DNA of 64,000 nucleotides, taken from IMG/VR virus record IMGVR_UViG_3300033149_006345, positions 1-64,000 of that record. One strand, given 5' to 3'. Made by a program: the position numbers and the translations under genes. Below the pieces are notes generated by a model. The model did not search any database. It was not told where the DNA came from and saw only the letters and a program-made list of their open reading frames with translations. Below are positions 46,239 to 55,533 of the stretch, in pieces (within the stretch, counting starts at the first letter, position 1; each line of letters begins with the position of its first letter). The DNA is from a virus.

Positions 46239-46486
46239 GTCGGATTATTACCAAACCCACACCTAATTTTTATACCTGTAGGTTGCTTGAGCCGGTAAGT
46301 GAAGCAGAGTATTACTATAAGCGTTGTGCAGAGAAGAGCAAAGGACGCTGTATTGATCATGTGTATATGAAGAAGAGGGGAGAGGATTCGACCAAATTGC
46401 AATCTTTGCGGTACAAGAAGACGATATGGACCAGGCAAGCGGCAAAAGCCCATTGTGATCAGAGAGGAGGAAGGTTTGATGTTTGA
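46235..46486 (+). CDS. Small Cys-containing protein
   Basis: PNFYTCRL...QSLRYKK..WT...AKAHC; SD GGAGGG. Confidence 0.65.
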   Translation: MSRIITKPTPNFYTCRLLEPVSEAEYYYKRCAEKSKGRCIDHVYMKKRGEDSTKLQSLRYKKTIWTRQAAKAHCDQRGGRFDV

Positions 46487-47063
46487 GTTTTTGGGTGGCT
46501 TCAACCATATTTTGGTTACTGGAGTGCAACGATCCGGCACTACTATTTGTGCTCAGATGATTGCACATGATTTAGGGTATAAATGGTATAAGGAAGAGAA
46601 AGTAAAAGGTGAAGATTGGATAGCCTTGTATAAGTTCTTGACTGATTTTCGTGGAATGAAGTTGGTGCTACAATGCCCTAGATTTTGCTATTGTATCGAG
46701 CGAGTAAGTCTACCTTCAAATGCCATAGTTTTCATGGTTAGGAATAAGAGGGAGGTGTTGAAAGCACAGAGGGATATAGGATGGGATGCTTCAAAAGAAA
46801 TGCAACATCCTTGTTACCGAGGTTATAAAGATATCGTTGAAGCCAAGAAGCAATATTGGGAAACAGTTCAGAAACATGGCATCTATAATGCTTTTGAAGT
46901 GAATTATCGCTCTTTGGCAAAGCATCCATTGTGGATTCCGGCCAGGTTGCGGAAAGATTTTGCATCAATGCAGACATCTTTAGCTTCTCCTTATACCTTT
47001 GATGACTCCCCTGAAGATAAGAAGTTGCGGGAGAAACTGTACAAGAGAGGAAGGATTGTCTGA
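46479..47063 (+). CDS. Sulfotransferase-like P-loop protein
   Basis: ILVTGVQRSGTT (5'-PSB-like), IVFMVRN (3'-PB-like), EVNYRSL. Confidence 0.7.
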   Translation: MFEFLGGFNHILVTGVQRSGTTICAQMIAHDLGYKWYKEEKVKGEDWIALYKFLTDFRGMKLVLQCPRFCYCIERVSLPSNAIVFMVRNKREVLKAQRDIGWDASKEMQHPCYRGYKDIVEAKKQYWETVQKHGIYNAFEVNYRSLAKHPLWIPARLRKDFASMQTSLASPYTFDDSPEDKKLREKLYKRGRIV

Positions 47064-47911
47064 TGTTTGGTATGAGTGTTACTGTTCCATACCGTAATCG
47101 CTTTAAGTGTTTGGATAGGTGCCTTCGTCCATTATTGCGACAGAAGACAAATTTTCCTTTTGAGGTAGTGTTTGTAGATTATGGAAGCACCGATGATACT
47201 CTGAGCTATCTTTGTAAGTCTTATTCTGCTGAGATAGCTTCTAATAAGTTGGTGCTTGTTCATTATCCTGCCGACGCATTTAATTTGGCAGGAGCACGTA
47301 ATGTTGGTATTGCTTTCTCTAATTATCCTTTGATTTTTACGTTTGATATTGATTCTATCTGCCTATCTGATACCATTTTGCAAGAGGTGTATGATTTTTA
47401 TTTGGATATGGAGCAAAAAGCAAAGAAAAATATACAAGATTTAGAACAATATAAACCACCATTGCTGACAAAAAATATACCTTACACTTATGATGAATAC
47501 AAGTATATCCCCTATGGACATATTGTCAGGACTGTTGGTTGGGGAAATTGTTTGTTGCATAAAGATATATTTTTTGCTATTGGTGGTTTGGACCATATGA
47601 CTTTTCGGGGCAAAGGATATGAAGATATGGCTTTTATGGTGTTGTGCTTGAGGAATGGTTATTATCTGGTTCAGTATCCTGATGTGCTATATCGAAAGAA
47701 GAATACGAAACTGGTAAATTTCAAGGACCATGAGTTGTCACCGGAAGAAAGGGTGGAAACATATGATGTATGGGAGGATGGTTGTGACGCTGGGGCTAGA
47801 GAACGGAGTTACAGACGCTTTCGGCTGTTGGTAGAATCCCCTGGAGTACGGTATAATTCAGTAGTTGATTGGAATCTTCTCAGGAAGGAAGGATATAGAA
47901 TAAATATATAG
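47063..47911 (+). CDS. GT2 glycosyltransferase with GT7C-like C-terminus
   Basis: VTVPYRNR, EVVFVDYGSTD, ARNVG, FDID, GGLD...GKGYED. Confidence 0.9.
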   Translation: MFGMSVTVPYRNRFKCLDRCLRPLLRQKTNFPFEVVFVDYGSTDDTLSYLCKSYSAEIASNKLVLVHYPADAFNLAGARNVGIAFSNYPLIFTFDIDSICLSDTILQEVYDFYLDMEQKAKKNIQDLEQYKPPLLTKNIPYTYDEYKYIPYGHIVRTVGWGNCLLHKDIFFAIGGLDHMTFRGKGYEDMAFMVLCLRNGYYLVQYPDVLYRKKNTKLVNFKDHELSPEERVETYDVWEDGCDAGARERSYRRFRLLVESPGVRYNSVVDWNLLRKEGYRINI

Positions 47912-47921
47912 GGGGTTATGG

Positions 47922-48125
47922 ATGATAGTTTATGTGGATGGAAAACTCTATCATGGGGCAAGAGGTTTGGTTGCTGTATGTTTTAGTGATCGGGATTTGG
48001 AACACATTCGCAATATGGCACCGGGTTGTAGAATTTATTGTGAGTATGATGCTGATTTATGGCAGGATGAAACAGAAGTTGCTTCTATTTTGCACGAATT
48101 TATGAAGGACTGCGAGAAGGAGTGA
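47922..48125 (+). CDS. Small hypothetical protein
   Basis: 67 aa, coupled to neighbours. Confidence 0.6.
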   Translation: MIVYVDGKLYHGARGLVAVCFSDRDLEHIRNMAPGCRIYCEYDADLWQDETEVASILHEFMKDCEKE

Positions 48126-49135
48126 AAATGCGCTTCATCTTCAATCTGGAAAGATGCGGTGCAGCCAATAACGGTGGCACTAAGACCATTTTTGCTAGCG
48201 CCAATACTTTAGTAGATATGGGCCATGAGGTCTTTGTTGTTTCTGATATTGAGAATAAATTTACATGGTTCCCCTTGAAAGCAGAGTTTATTCATTTTCG
48301 AGGTAAATCCAAAGAGTATCCTAGTGCAGACGCTCATATTGCTACTGGTTTTCAAACGGTCAAGCCTGTTTTGGCTTCGCCTTCTTTTACCGGTGAGAGG
48401 GTGCATTGGATTCGGGCACATGAGACTTGGATTATGAAAGACCCTACATTGGTATATCATGCCCCGACGAGGAAGCTGGTCAACAGCAAGGGTCTTCAGC
48501 AATTTATAAAAGCAAATTATGGGATTGACTCAATCATTTTATATCCTGGGATAGAGTATGATGTATTCAGGAATGTTGGGAAATATGACATTAGTTATCC
48601 CATTGGTATTGGAGCTTTATATAACCAAAAGGCACGGAAACGTTTTCCTTGGGTGGTGGACTCTTTTCGTTTCTTAAAGAGGACATATGGTCGCGCGGTT
48701 AGGTTTATTCTGTTTGGTAATGATGGTCGTCCCATAAACTTAGAGAAACTGTTTCGTTTTTCGTATGTACAACAGCCAGCCCAAGAGCAATTGGTGCATC
48801 TTTATAATCAATGCACATTTTGGCTAGCTCCTACAGAATCAGAAGGGTTGCATATTTGCCCGATGGAGGCAGCGTTATGTCGCTCCGTTGTTATTGGTAC
48901 CGATGCTCCTTTGGCGGGTATGAGCGATTGGTTGGATGAAACCACAGGTTTTGTTTCGGAAAATGATTATGACAGCTACCTCAAAATGGTTTTATTTGCT
49001 TTCGAGCAAGAACCCAGCAAGCTGGCAGCTTTGAGTATTGCTGCCAGAGATAGAATTGTCCAAAAGATTGGTTCACGCAGGCGGAATATGGGCAAACTGG
49101 TTCATCTGATAAAATTTTGGAGGAATGAAAGATGA
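48122..49135 (+). CDS. GT4 glycosyltransferase
   Basis: NNGGTKTI, SEGLHICPMEAALC. Confidence 0.87.
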   Translation: MKMRFIFNLERCGAANNGGTKTIFASANTLVDMGHEVFVVSDIENKFTWFPLKAEFIHFRGKSKEYPSADAHIATGFQTVKPVLASPSFTGERVHWIRAHETWIMKDPTLVYHAPTRKLVNSKGLQQFIKANYGIDSIILYPGIEYDVFRNVGKYDISYPIGIGALYNQKARKRFPWVVDSFRFLKRTYGRAVRFILFGNDGRPINLEKLFRFSYVQQPAQEQLVHLYNQCTFWLAPTESEGLHICPMEAALCRSVVIGTDAPLAGMSDWLDETTGFVSENDYDSYLKMVLFAFEQEPSKLAALSIAARDRIVQKIGSRRRNMGKLVHLIKFWRNER

Positions 49136-50154
49136 GAGCATTATTACTACGACAAAAGGTGCCCCCTGATGCCAATCGTATAACTTTTCCCTCGTTTGAG
49201 GAAATAGATGATATGTGGATGTTGCTTTTTTATAGAGCATGTAAAAGGCTTGGTTTCTCGTCGGTCGAGGTTTGGAATTGGGGTGGTACGAGGTATGTGG
49301 AATATGATGCGGAGGACTCCGTTAGATTTATTGAGCGGTGGCTCCCGAATTATTGGCCGGATGGTGCCTCTATTTTCTCCCCCGATGATGTTCAATTGGT
49401 TTTTGCTCGTGGTGGTTTTAGGGAATATATACCAATTCTGAATTATTTTAAGAATGCCGTGAAGATTTATTATGGAGCTGGTAAAAGACATAACCCTAAG
49501 ATGTTGGATGACCCGACTGACTATAATGCTGTTTTATGTGATACGAAGGAGCAGGAAAAAGAATTGACTTCGGCGGGATATACCGCTTTTACTTTCATAA
49601 AACCAGCATGTGATACTATTTTCCACCCTTGGAAAGCTGAGAAATATTACGACGTGGTTTTTATAGCCAACGCCCCGCAACGCCAGTTAAAGGGACATGA
49701 TTTTCTTTTTGATGTATTGAAGGGAACGCACTTACACCTTCTTGTTATTGGGATTGCTGATGCTTCTGTTATCTCCTGTGCCACTTTACGGGGAGTAAAC
49801 TCTACATTTACTGGTTGGGTACCCAGGAAGGTAATACCTCAGTTGGCTTGTAGAGCCAAGATAGGGGTATGTTGCTCTACTTCTTATGAATCGTGTCCAC
49901 GGGTTATCCCGGAATATTTAGCTATGGATATCCCGATATTAGTGCGGTCTAGTGTTCGCTTCAATACGGATTTATATGTCACGCCGGAAACGGGAATGTC
50001 GGCAGATGATCATACTTTCCTCAAGACCCTTGAGTATATGGTACATAATTATACTAAGTTTACACCCAGGAAGTATTACGAAGAGCATTTGTCCCTTGAA
50101 GTTGCATCTGTTTATTTTAGCGGACTGTTACGTCCATTTATTAGAGGTTTGTAG
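49132..50154 (+). CDS. GT4-like glycosyltransferase
   Basis: LKGH, FTGWVPR, ESCPRVIPEYLAMDIP. Confidence 0.82.
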   Translation: MRALLLRQKVPPDANRITFPSFEEIDDMWMLLFYRACKRLGFSSVEVWNWGGTRYVEYDAEDSVRFIERWLPNYWPDGASIFSPDDVQLVFARGGFREYIPILNYFKNAVKIYYGAGKRHNPKMLDDPTDYNAVLCDTKEQEKELTSAGYTAFTFIKPACDTIFHPWKAEKYYDVVFIANAPQRQLKGHDFLFDVLKGTHLHLLVIGIADASVISCATLRGVNSTFTGWVPRKVIPQLACRAKIGVCCSTSYESCPRVIPEYLAMDIPILVRSSVRFNTDLYVTPETGMSADDHTFLKTLEYMVHNYTKFTPRKYYEEHLSLEVASVYFSGLLRPFIRGL

Positions 50155-50156
50155 AC

Positions 50157-51107
50157 ATGCGTTTTTTGCGTGGTACAGATCGGTTATCAATAATTACTAT
50201 AGATTATGCCAACCGCTATAATATAGGAAATTATCATCTTAATGCCGAGTTAGCAAGTAACTTCAAGGAGGTGCGTTATTATTTCTTGGAGAATGGTTTT
50301 TCTTTGGATGACCCCTTCTTGTTGTCCAGCGACATGATTTTTATTAACAGACCACTACGAAAGACGATACAGAGAACAGTTGAGGGGGAAACCTACCGAA
50401 AGCTGAATTTCAAGTCTATTGATGGTATTGTGGTCCTTTTTGATACTGACCCACAGGTTTTAAGTATAAAAGAGCGGGCCAAAGTGATAGATAATATTGG
50501 CGTGGATCTGTTGCTATTGGGAAATAATGATGCTAGAGTTGTAGAACATAACAGGTTTTTTGGTGGACGTATTTTATGCAAGTGGCTCCCCTTTGGAGTG
50601 AATCTAGATCACTTTTACGATATGGGGATAGAGAGGGATATTGTAAGTGGTTTTATCGGCTCATATAGAAACTATTATTATGGCAAAAGAAAGGAGATGG
50701 TAGAGTATTTACGAGAGAAATTGGGCAACCGTTTCTTTTGGAAGAGGATGATAAAAGAGGAATATCTTTTGTTCCTAAATAGAATAAAACTGTTTGTCTT
50801 AGCAAATGACTTAACTGGTGGTTTCTTTATGAAGCATTTGGAAAGTATGGCTTCTGGTTGTTTGTTAGTGGCTGAATATACTCCTTTGTTAGAACGTTTG
50901 GGTTTTGTGCCTTCTGAAGATCTTATTGTATGGAATACTTTGCAGGAATGTGAGCAAGCTATTTTGTATTATGCTGTTTATGAGGGCAATCGGGGGCAGA
51001 TAATAGAAAATGCGAAGAAGAAGATCAAGGAGCATCATACATGGGCACACAGGGTAAAGTGGTTGTTAACTTGGGCAAGTGGAAAAAACCTAGATATAAG
51101 CTATTAA
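50157..51107 (+). CDS. CgeB-like glycosyltransferase
   Basis: WLPFGV, GFIGS, KHLESMASGCLL, HHTWAHRV. Confidence 0.82.
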   Translation: MRFLRGTDRLSIITIDYANRYNIGNYHLNAELASNFKEVRYYFLENGFSLDDPFLLSSDMIFINRPLRKTIQRTVEGETYRKLNFKSIDGIVVLFDTDPQVLSIKERAKVIDNIGVDLLLLGNNDARVVEHNRFFGGRILCKWLPFGVNLDHFYDMGIERDIVSGFIGSYRNYYYGKRKEMVEYLREKLGNRFFWKRMIKEEYLLFLNRIKLFVLANDLTGGFFMKHLESMASGCLLVAEYTPLLERLGFVPSEDLIVWNTLQECEQAILYYAVYEGNRGQIIENAKKKIKEHHTWAHRVKWLLTWASGKNLDISY

Positions 51108-52168
51108 ACCGTGTTGCTGTGAATTTTGGTAATGGGCTGGGTAATTTTGTAATGTTGACGCCTACTCTGCATGGTTTATCTCGGATGTATAATGCCGCTA
51201 TCGACTTGGTTTTTGATGATACATGGCGGGATAGTAGACGGAAGTCTGTAGAGGAATTGTTCGCAAGTTGTTTTTATGGCGGTGAGATTATAAATTTTAC
51301 CGGCCCATCTTCACTTGATTTGGAGCGATATAAGGCGATCTATTGGACTTCTCATGGGGAGGTCAATCCTGCTTGGGAGTATATGCGGGAAGTAGCGACG
51401 ATTAAAGCCTCATTTGAGGATGAGGATGATACCTGGAGACAAGTCAAAATACATGAGGTTGATTTTTATCTGAAGCCACTTATTAAACTTGGTTATATTA
51501 AACGACCGACCCCTCAGTTGTTTGGTTTTAACGATGTCAGAAGGGTGGTAAGAAAGGGTTGGAAGACCAGGAGAGGACAAGTTTTCAATGGGCTTTTGCC
51601 TTTGGTTATCGGTTTCTGTAATGGGTTTTTTGGAGAGGAAGACAGCGTTTGGTCAAGGAAAGCATGGCCGTATTTTGGTGAATTGGCGTTGATGTTGTAC
51701 GGGTTTTTTGGGGATTTGGTTGATATTCAATTATTTGGAAAAGGAGCACAAGAGAGACGATGGGCAGAAACGGTAGTATCTATGCTAGAAGCTAAGAATT
51801 ACTATGCAAAAAATTTTGTTGACAGGCTTACTTTACCTCATACAATAAAGAAGATGGGTGATGTAGATATTTTTGTTACTACGGATACTGGTTTAATGCA
51901 TGTGGCTGATGCCATGGGGATACCGTCGGTGATTTTATTTGGGGCGACATTGGCGAGTAAGAACGGACCATACACTATGCTACGAAAGCGACTGGTTCAT
52001 AGTTTGGAAGGCTGTGCTCCCTGTCAGAACACTTACCATTTCCATCTGTGCAAAGATTACAAATGTATGAGGTCCATCACTCCGGCAGATGTTTTTCCAC
52101 AAATTTTGGCGTTGTGTAAATCTATGGGCTTTGTATTTCCTATTTTAAGGGGGCGCAAATGGCGATAG
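51041..52168 (+). CDS. GT9 (heptosyltransferase-like) glycosyltransferase
   Basis: GLGNFVMLTP, KAWPYF, TTDTGLMHVADAMGIPSVILFGAT, CAPC...C...CMRSI. Confidence 0.9.
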   Translation: MGTQGKVVVNLGKWKKPRYKLLNRVAVNFGNGLGNFVMLTPTLHGLSRMYNAAIDLVFDDTWRDSRRKSVEELFASCFYGGEIINFTGPSSLDLERYKAIYWTSHGEVNPAWEYMREVATIKASFEDEDDTWRQVKIHEVDFYLKPLIKLGYIKRPTPQLFGFNDVRRVVRKGWKTRRGQVFNGLLPLVIGFCNGFFGEEDSVWSRKAWPYFGELALMLYGFFGDLVDIQLFGKGAQERRWAETVVSMLEAKNYYAKNFVDRLTLPHTIKKMGDVDIFVTTDTGLMHVADAMGIPSVILFGATLASKNGPYTMLRKRLVHSLEGCAPCQNTYHFHLCKDYKCMRSITPADVFPQILALCKSMGFVFPILRGRKWR

Positions 52169-52776
52169 ATACGACTATTTCCTTTGTAACTGATATTAAT
52201 GATTTGGTTGGGTGGGGTGGTCTTACTTCTAGCGATGTTACAGCTAACTCCACTCTCCTTGAGACATTGGTTAACCAAGTTGCTTCCTTTATGGAAAGAT
52301 ATACCAGCAGGAAGTTAAAAGCACGGGATTATGATTACAGCTCTGATTCAGACACGACGGATTCCATTGGGGATGGAGACGGGACTACCAGATTTTATAC
52401 GAAGCAATGGCCCATAAATTCTGTGACCACACTTGTTATTGGGGATGACACTATTTCCGCCGCCTCTGATTGGGATGATGACGGGTATTTTATCTATCCC
52501 AATGAAGGTTGCATATATTACGAAGATGGATTTGACAAATACAAGCAGAATATCAAGCTAAAATATAATGCTGGCTATAATGCGGATCATTCCGAGTATG
52601 ATCTGCTCAAAATGATAACTTGTGCTTTGGTGGGTTATATTTGGGAGAATAGAGATAAACTAGGTTTTAGGCAGGAGTTCCTTGGTAGGTACCGTTATAC
52701 AAAAGGCTCTTTTAAGGATGTAGACTCTTGGGTATGGGAAACTTTGGACTCTTTTAAGAGGCGAGGGGTGGCATGA
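52159..52776 (+). CDS. Head-tail connector (gp6/gp15-like adaptor)
   Basis: MERYTSRKL, DGDGT, WPINSV, IKLKYNAGY. Confidence 0.8.
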   Translation: MAIDTTISFVTDINDLVGWGGLTSSDVTANSTLLETLVNQVASFMERYTSRKLKARDYDYSSDSDTTDSIGDGDGTTRFYTKQWPINSVTTLVIGDDTISAASDWDDDGYFIYPNEGCIYYEDGFDKYKQNIKLKYNAGYNADHSEYDLLKMITCALVGYIWENRDKLGFRQEFLGRYRYTKGSFKDVDSWVWETLDSFKRRGVA

Positions 52777-53132
52777 GTTATCTTGGTTTGTTGAAACAGA
52801 CCTGCAATATTTCTAGGGCGACTATTTCCCAGGGTTCCGGTGGTGAGTTGGATGAGAGCTGGGAGGATGTGGCTACTTCTGTAAAGTGTTCTATTCAGAT
52901 GACAACGATTTCAAGGGAAGAATATTCCAGTATGTATGGCGGTGAGGCGACAAGAACGACTTTTGTTGGTTTCTTCCCATATGGTACGGATATAAGGGAA
53001 GGTGATAGAGTAGTGATGCAGGATAATGGCGATAATCGTATATTTCATGTGAATAGAGGACCAATTATTGATACAGTTGGCAGGAAACATCATATTGAAG
53101 TTGATTTGGAGCTGGTGGATGCTACAAACTAG
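52773..53132 (+). CDS. Head closure (stopper) protein
   Basis: DIREGDRV...HHIEVDL; position. Confidence 0.75.
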   Translation: MSYLGLLKQTCNISRATISQGSGGELDESWEDVATSVKCSIQMTTISREEYSSMYGGEATRTTFVGFFPYGTDIREGDRVVMQDNGDNRIFHVNRGPIIDTVGRKHHIEVDLELVDATN

Positions 53133-53586
53133 CATCGAAATAGATGTTTCTGAGTTTCAGAAAGCCTTGGAGGCTAGACGGCGTGGGCTACGGGCTGCCG
53201 TATCCGAGTGTGCTTATTTAGCGGCATCTTATCTTGTGGATAGGATAAAGGATAATATTTTGGAATCTACTCCGGCGGGGAGGATTTATATCATACGAGG
53301 TGTTTGGCATCAAGCGAGTGCCCCTGGACAGCCACCGGCGGTTTTAACTGGTGATCTGTTAAAGGGGTTTTTTGTGCGAGCCGCTTTTGGTTATCGGGAG
53401 AAAGTTGCTACTGCTTATATTGGTAATCATGTTCCCTATGCAATCTATCTTGAATATGGCACTTATAAGATGGCACCCCGCCCATATGTTTCCCCAATTA
53501 TCTTTAATCCGAGTGAGTTGCAATCGGCTGGTGAAGTCTTTGCTGACTGTCTTGTGAGGAAGGGATTGGCAAAATGGTCGAGTTGA
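53119..53586 (+). CDS. HK97 gp10-like neck/tail component
   Basis: HQASAPGQPPAVLTGDL, YAIYLEYGTYKMAPRPY. Confidence 0.85.
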   Translation: MLQTSIEIDVSEFQKALEARRRGLRAAVSECAYLAASYLVDRIKDNILESTPAGRIYIIRGVWHQASAPGQPPAVLTGDLLKGFFVRAAFGYREKVATAYIGNHVPYAIYLEYGTYKMAPRPYVSPIIFNPSELQSAGEVFADCLVRKGLAKWSS

Positions 53587-54038
53587 AGGATTATATATAC
53601 AGCTTGTTAAAAGCTGATGCCACCATTCAGTCTTTGACTGGATATACTGCGTCTGATAGCCGAATCTATCCTGCATATCCCCCGAAAGAGGTGGTAGTCA
53701 ATTCTACTTACCCAGGATATATAGTTTTCCGTCTTGTTGGCTATGGTCGAGGCTCGGAATATGTTGATAGGGCTGAAAAGGGAGATATGTATTTGCATTT
53801 GGATATTTATGGACTCACTTATCGTACTGCGGAAAATATTGCCGTTAGAGTAAATGATCTCCTTGATCTCTACGGTCCTTTTTCTACAACGAATTACCGA
53901 GTCCTCAATTTGGAAGTGGTTGAGCACTCCGACTTCCCTCCGGAGGGAGAATCCACGAGTGAAATGAGATATAGGCGACATATTGTTATAAGATTGCGTG
54001 GAGTGTTGAGTAAGACCGAAGTGGGGAATGTCGCATGA
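53574..54038 (+). CDS. Tail terminator (DUF3168-like)
   Basis: IYSLLKAD...RIYP...YIVF...LDIY; position. Confidence 0.75.
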   Translation: MVELKDYIYSLLKADATIQSLTGYTASDSRIYPAYPPKEVVVNSTYPGYIVFRLVGYGRGSEYVDRAEKGDMYLHLDIYGLTYRTAENIAVRVNDLLDLYGPFSTTNYRVLNLEVVEHSDFPPEGESTSEMRYRRHIVIRLRGVLSKTEVGNVA

Positions 54039-54277
54039 GAGATATGGTGCAACGTGAGCTAGGCATAAAAGTCGAATGCAAAGGAGAAGTGCGGGGATGT
54101 TATCATTGTAAGGATGTTAGCGGGAAACAAGGGTACTGTTCCAATTGTGGTCGCCGTTTGATAAAGAAGGTAGGGGAAGCATGTGGGGAACCACTTGCTT
54201 ATGTAGAAAAAAATTATGTTTGGACTGGTGCAATACGCATAAAGTGTAAGTGTTGTAAATCTATTACTACCATTTAA
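54035..54277 (+). CDS. Zinc-ribbon protein with Mu Com-like end
   Basis: CYHC, CSNC, CGEPL...IRIKCKCCKSITTI. Confidence 0.6.
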   Translation: MRDMVQRELGIKVECKGEVRGCYHCKDVSGKQGYCSNCGRRLIKKVGEACGEPLAYVEKNYVWTGAIRIKCKCCKSITTI

Positions 54278-54289
54278 GGAGGTTTGCTG

Positions 54290-54796
54290 ATGCAGACAAG
54301 CTACTCAGTTGAAAATGTAAAATTGGGTATTTGCGAGATCGAGTACGATAATACCCATATCGGCCACACTCAAGGTGGTGCCACTTTGAGGATTGGTACT
54401 TTGGTAGCTGAAAAGAAAGTGGATCGGTATGGGGATGTCCCCGTTGATTATGTTGATATCGGGACGACTGTTGAAGTCGTAACTCGATTGGCAGAGGAAT
54501 CATTGACCAAACTTTTGAAGATTCTTCCAACTGGAAGTATGTCCGTAGTTGCTGATCGTCTGACGTTTGGTCGTGCGGTCGGTTCTTCTTTGGCCGCTCG
54601 GCGTTTGGTTCTTGATCCGATTGATGGTTCTGAGCCAATAGTTATTTACAGAGCTGTTCCCAATCCTGGCGAGACCATTGAGGCTGAGTATACCAATGAT
54701 GGCCAAAGGGTTTGGCAGGTAACTTGGCGTGGTCTGCCGGTTGAGGGACGTGCTGATGGGGATATGCTGTTCCGTATCGGTGGTCCAGCTTCCTAA
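54290..54796 (+). CDS. Major tail (tube) protein
   Basis: NVKLG...IGHTQGG...VDRYG..PVD...LAEESL; position. Confidence 0.8.
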   Translation: MQTSYSVENVKLGICEIEYDNTHIGHTQGGATLRIGTLVAEKKVDRYGDVPVDYVDIGTTVEVVTRLAEESLTKLLKILPTGSMSVVADRLTFGRAVGSSLAARRLVLDPIDGSEPIVIYRAVPNPGETIEAEYTNDGQRVWQVTWRGLPVEGRADGDMLFRIGGPAS

Positions 54797-54820
54797 TATT
54801 ATTTATTGGAGGGTAAGTAA

Positions 54821-55207
54821 ATGAACAAAGATAATGTACAGCAAGATCGAGTAAGGAACTTTGATGAATATGATCAGCCTGAGAGATTTAAGTTTCGGGG
54901 GGAGGTTTACGAAATCCCCCCGATCTCTCAGGATACTTCTGACAGATTGGCTGCTATTTCCGAGAGACTGATTGCTCTTACTGATGAGGGCAAATATACT
55001 GAAGCGAATGCGTGTGTATTCGAGTATGTTTTGGTGGCTATGCTGGGGGACGACTATACCCCAGAGAAATTGGAGGAGATGAGGCAAGATCGCAAGTATA
55101 GGGCTTTCCCCAGAAGGATGTTGCATGATTTGATGTCGTTGATAAATACAATGCAGGGGCTTCCTTCGGAAATGACCCCTGTAGAGGAGGTTAAGGCAAA
55201 AAAGTAA
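54821..55207 (+). CDS. Tail assembly chaperone (G-like)
   Basis: Lies between tube and tape measure genes; ends in a slippery site. Confidence 0.8.
   Translation: MNKDNVQQDRVRNFDEYDQPERFKFRGEVYEIPPISQDTSDRLAAISERLIALTDEGKYTEANACVFEYVLVAMLGDDYTPEKLEEMRQDRKYRAFPRRMLHDLMSLINTMQGLPSEMTPVEEVKAKK
55198..55204 (+). promoter_or_regulatory. Programmed -1 frameshift heptamer A AAA AAG
   Basis: In frame just before TAA; GGAGG at 55186-90; -1 frame open to 55533. Confidence 0.85.
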
Positions 55208-55533
55208 TAGACCGCTTGAGGATATATTTTGACATTATGAAAGCCTCAAGCGGAGCGATTACTTTTAAGGAGCTAAGAGAGATGCCATTCGCACAGCTAT
55301 CTCTCTTAGCTCGTGTAGCCAAGGCTACGCAAATAGAAGATGAAATGCGGTTCATTGGCGGGGTTGCCACTGGTACCTCCGGTAATGCGAAGCATATGGA
55401 TAGTCTTGAATTTAGGTATAACCAACTTTTATTTATAAAACCGACTACAGATAGAAACAAGTTACTACAGATCAAGGAGAGAATGAAGAAAAAGCAACAA
55501 AAAACAGTTGGCTCCAAACGACGAGGTAAATAA
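55204..55533 (+). CDS. Tail assembly chaperone frameshift extension (T part of G-T)
   Basis: -1 frame continuation of the G-like gene. Confidence 0.75.
   Translation, partial: VIDRLRIYFDIMKASSGAITFKELREMPFAQLSLLARVAKATQIEDEMRFIGGVATGTSGNAKHMDSLEFRYNQLLFIKPTTDRNKLLQIKERMKKKQQKTVGSKRRGK

Noticed and set aside
36339-52168. Host LPS/O-antigen locus misassembled into the phage
   Set aside because: Genes overlap or abut phage head and neck genes at both ends, and there are no wzx/wzy/wzm or sugar-synthesis genes; read-level confirmation is still advisable
55198-55204. Tail chaperone frameshift as a novelty
   Set aside because: Well-known conserved feature of long-tailed phages; listed as a feature only
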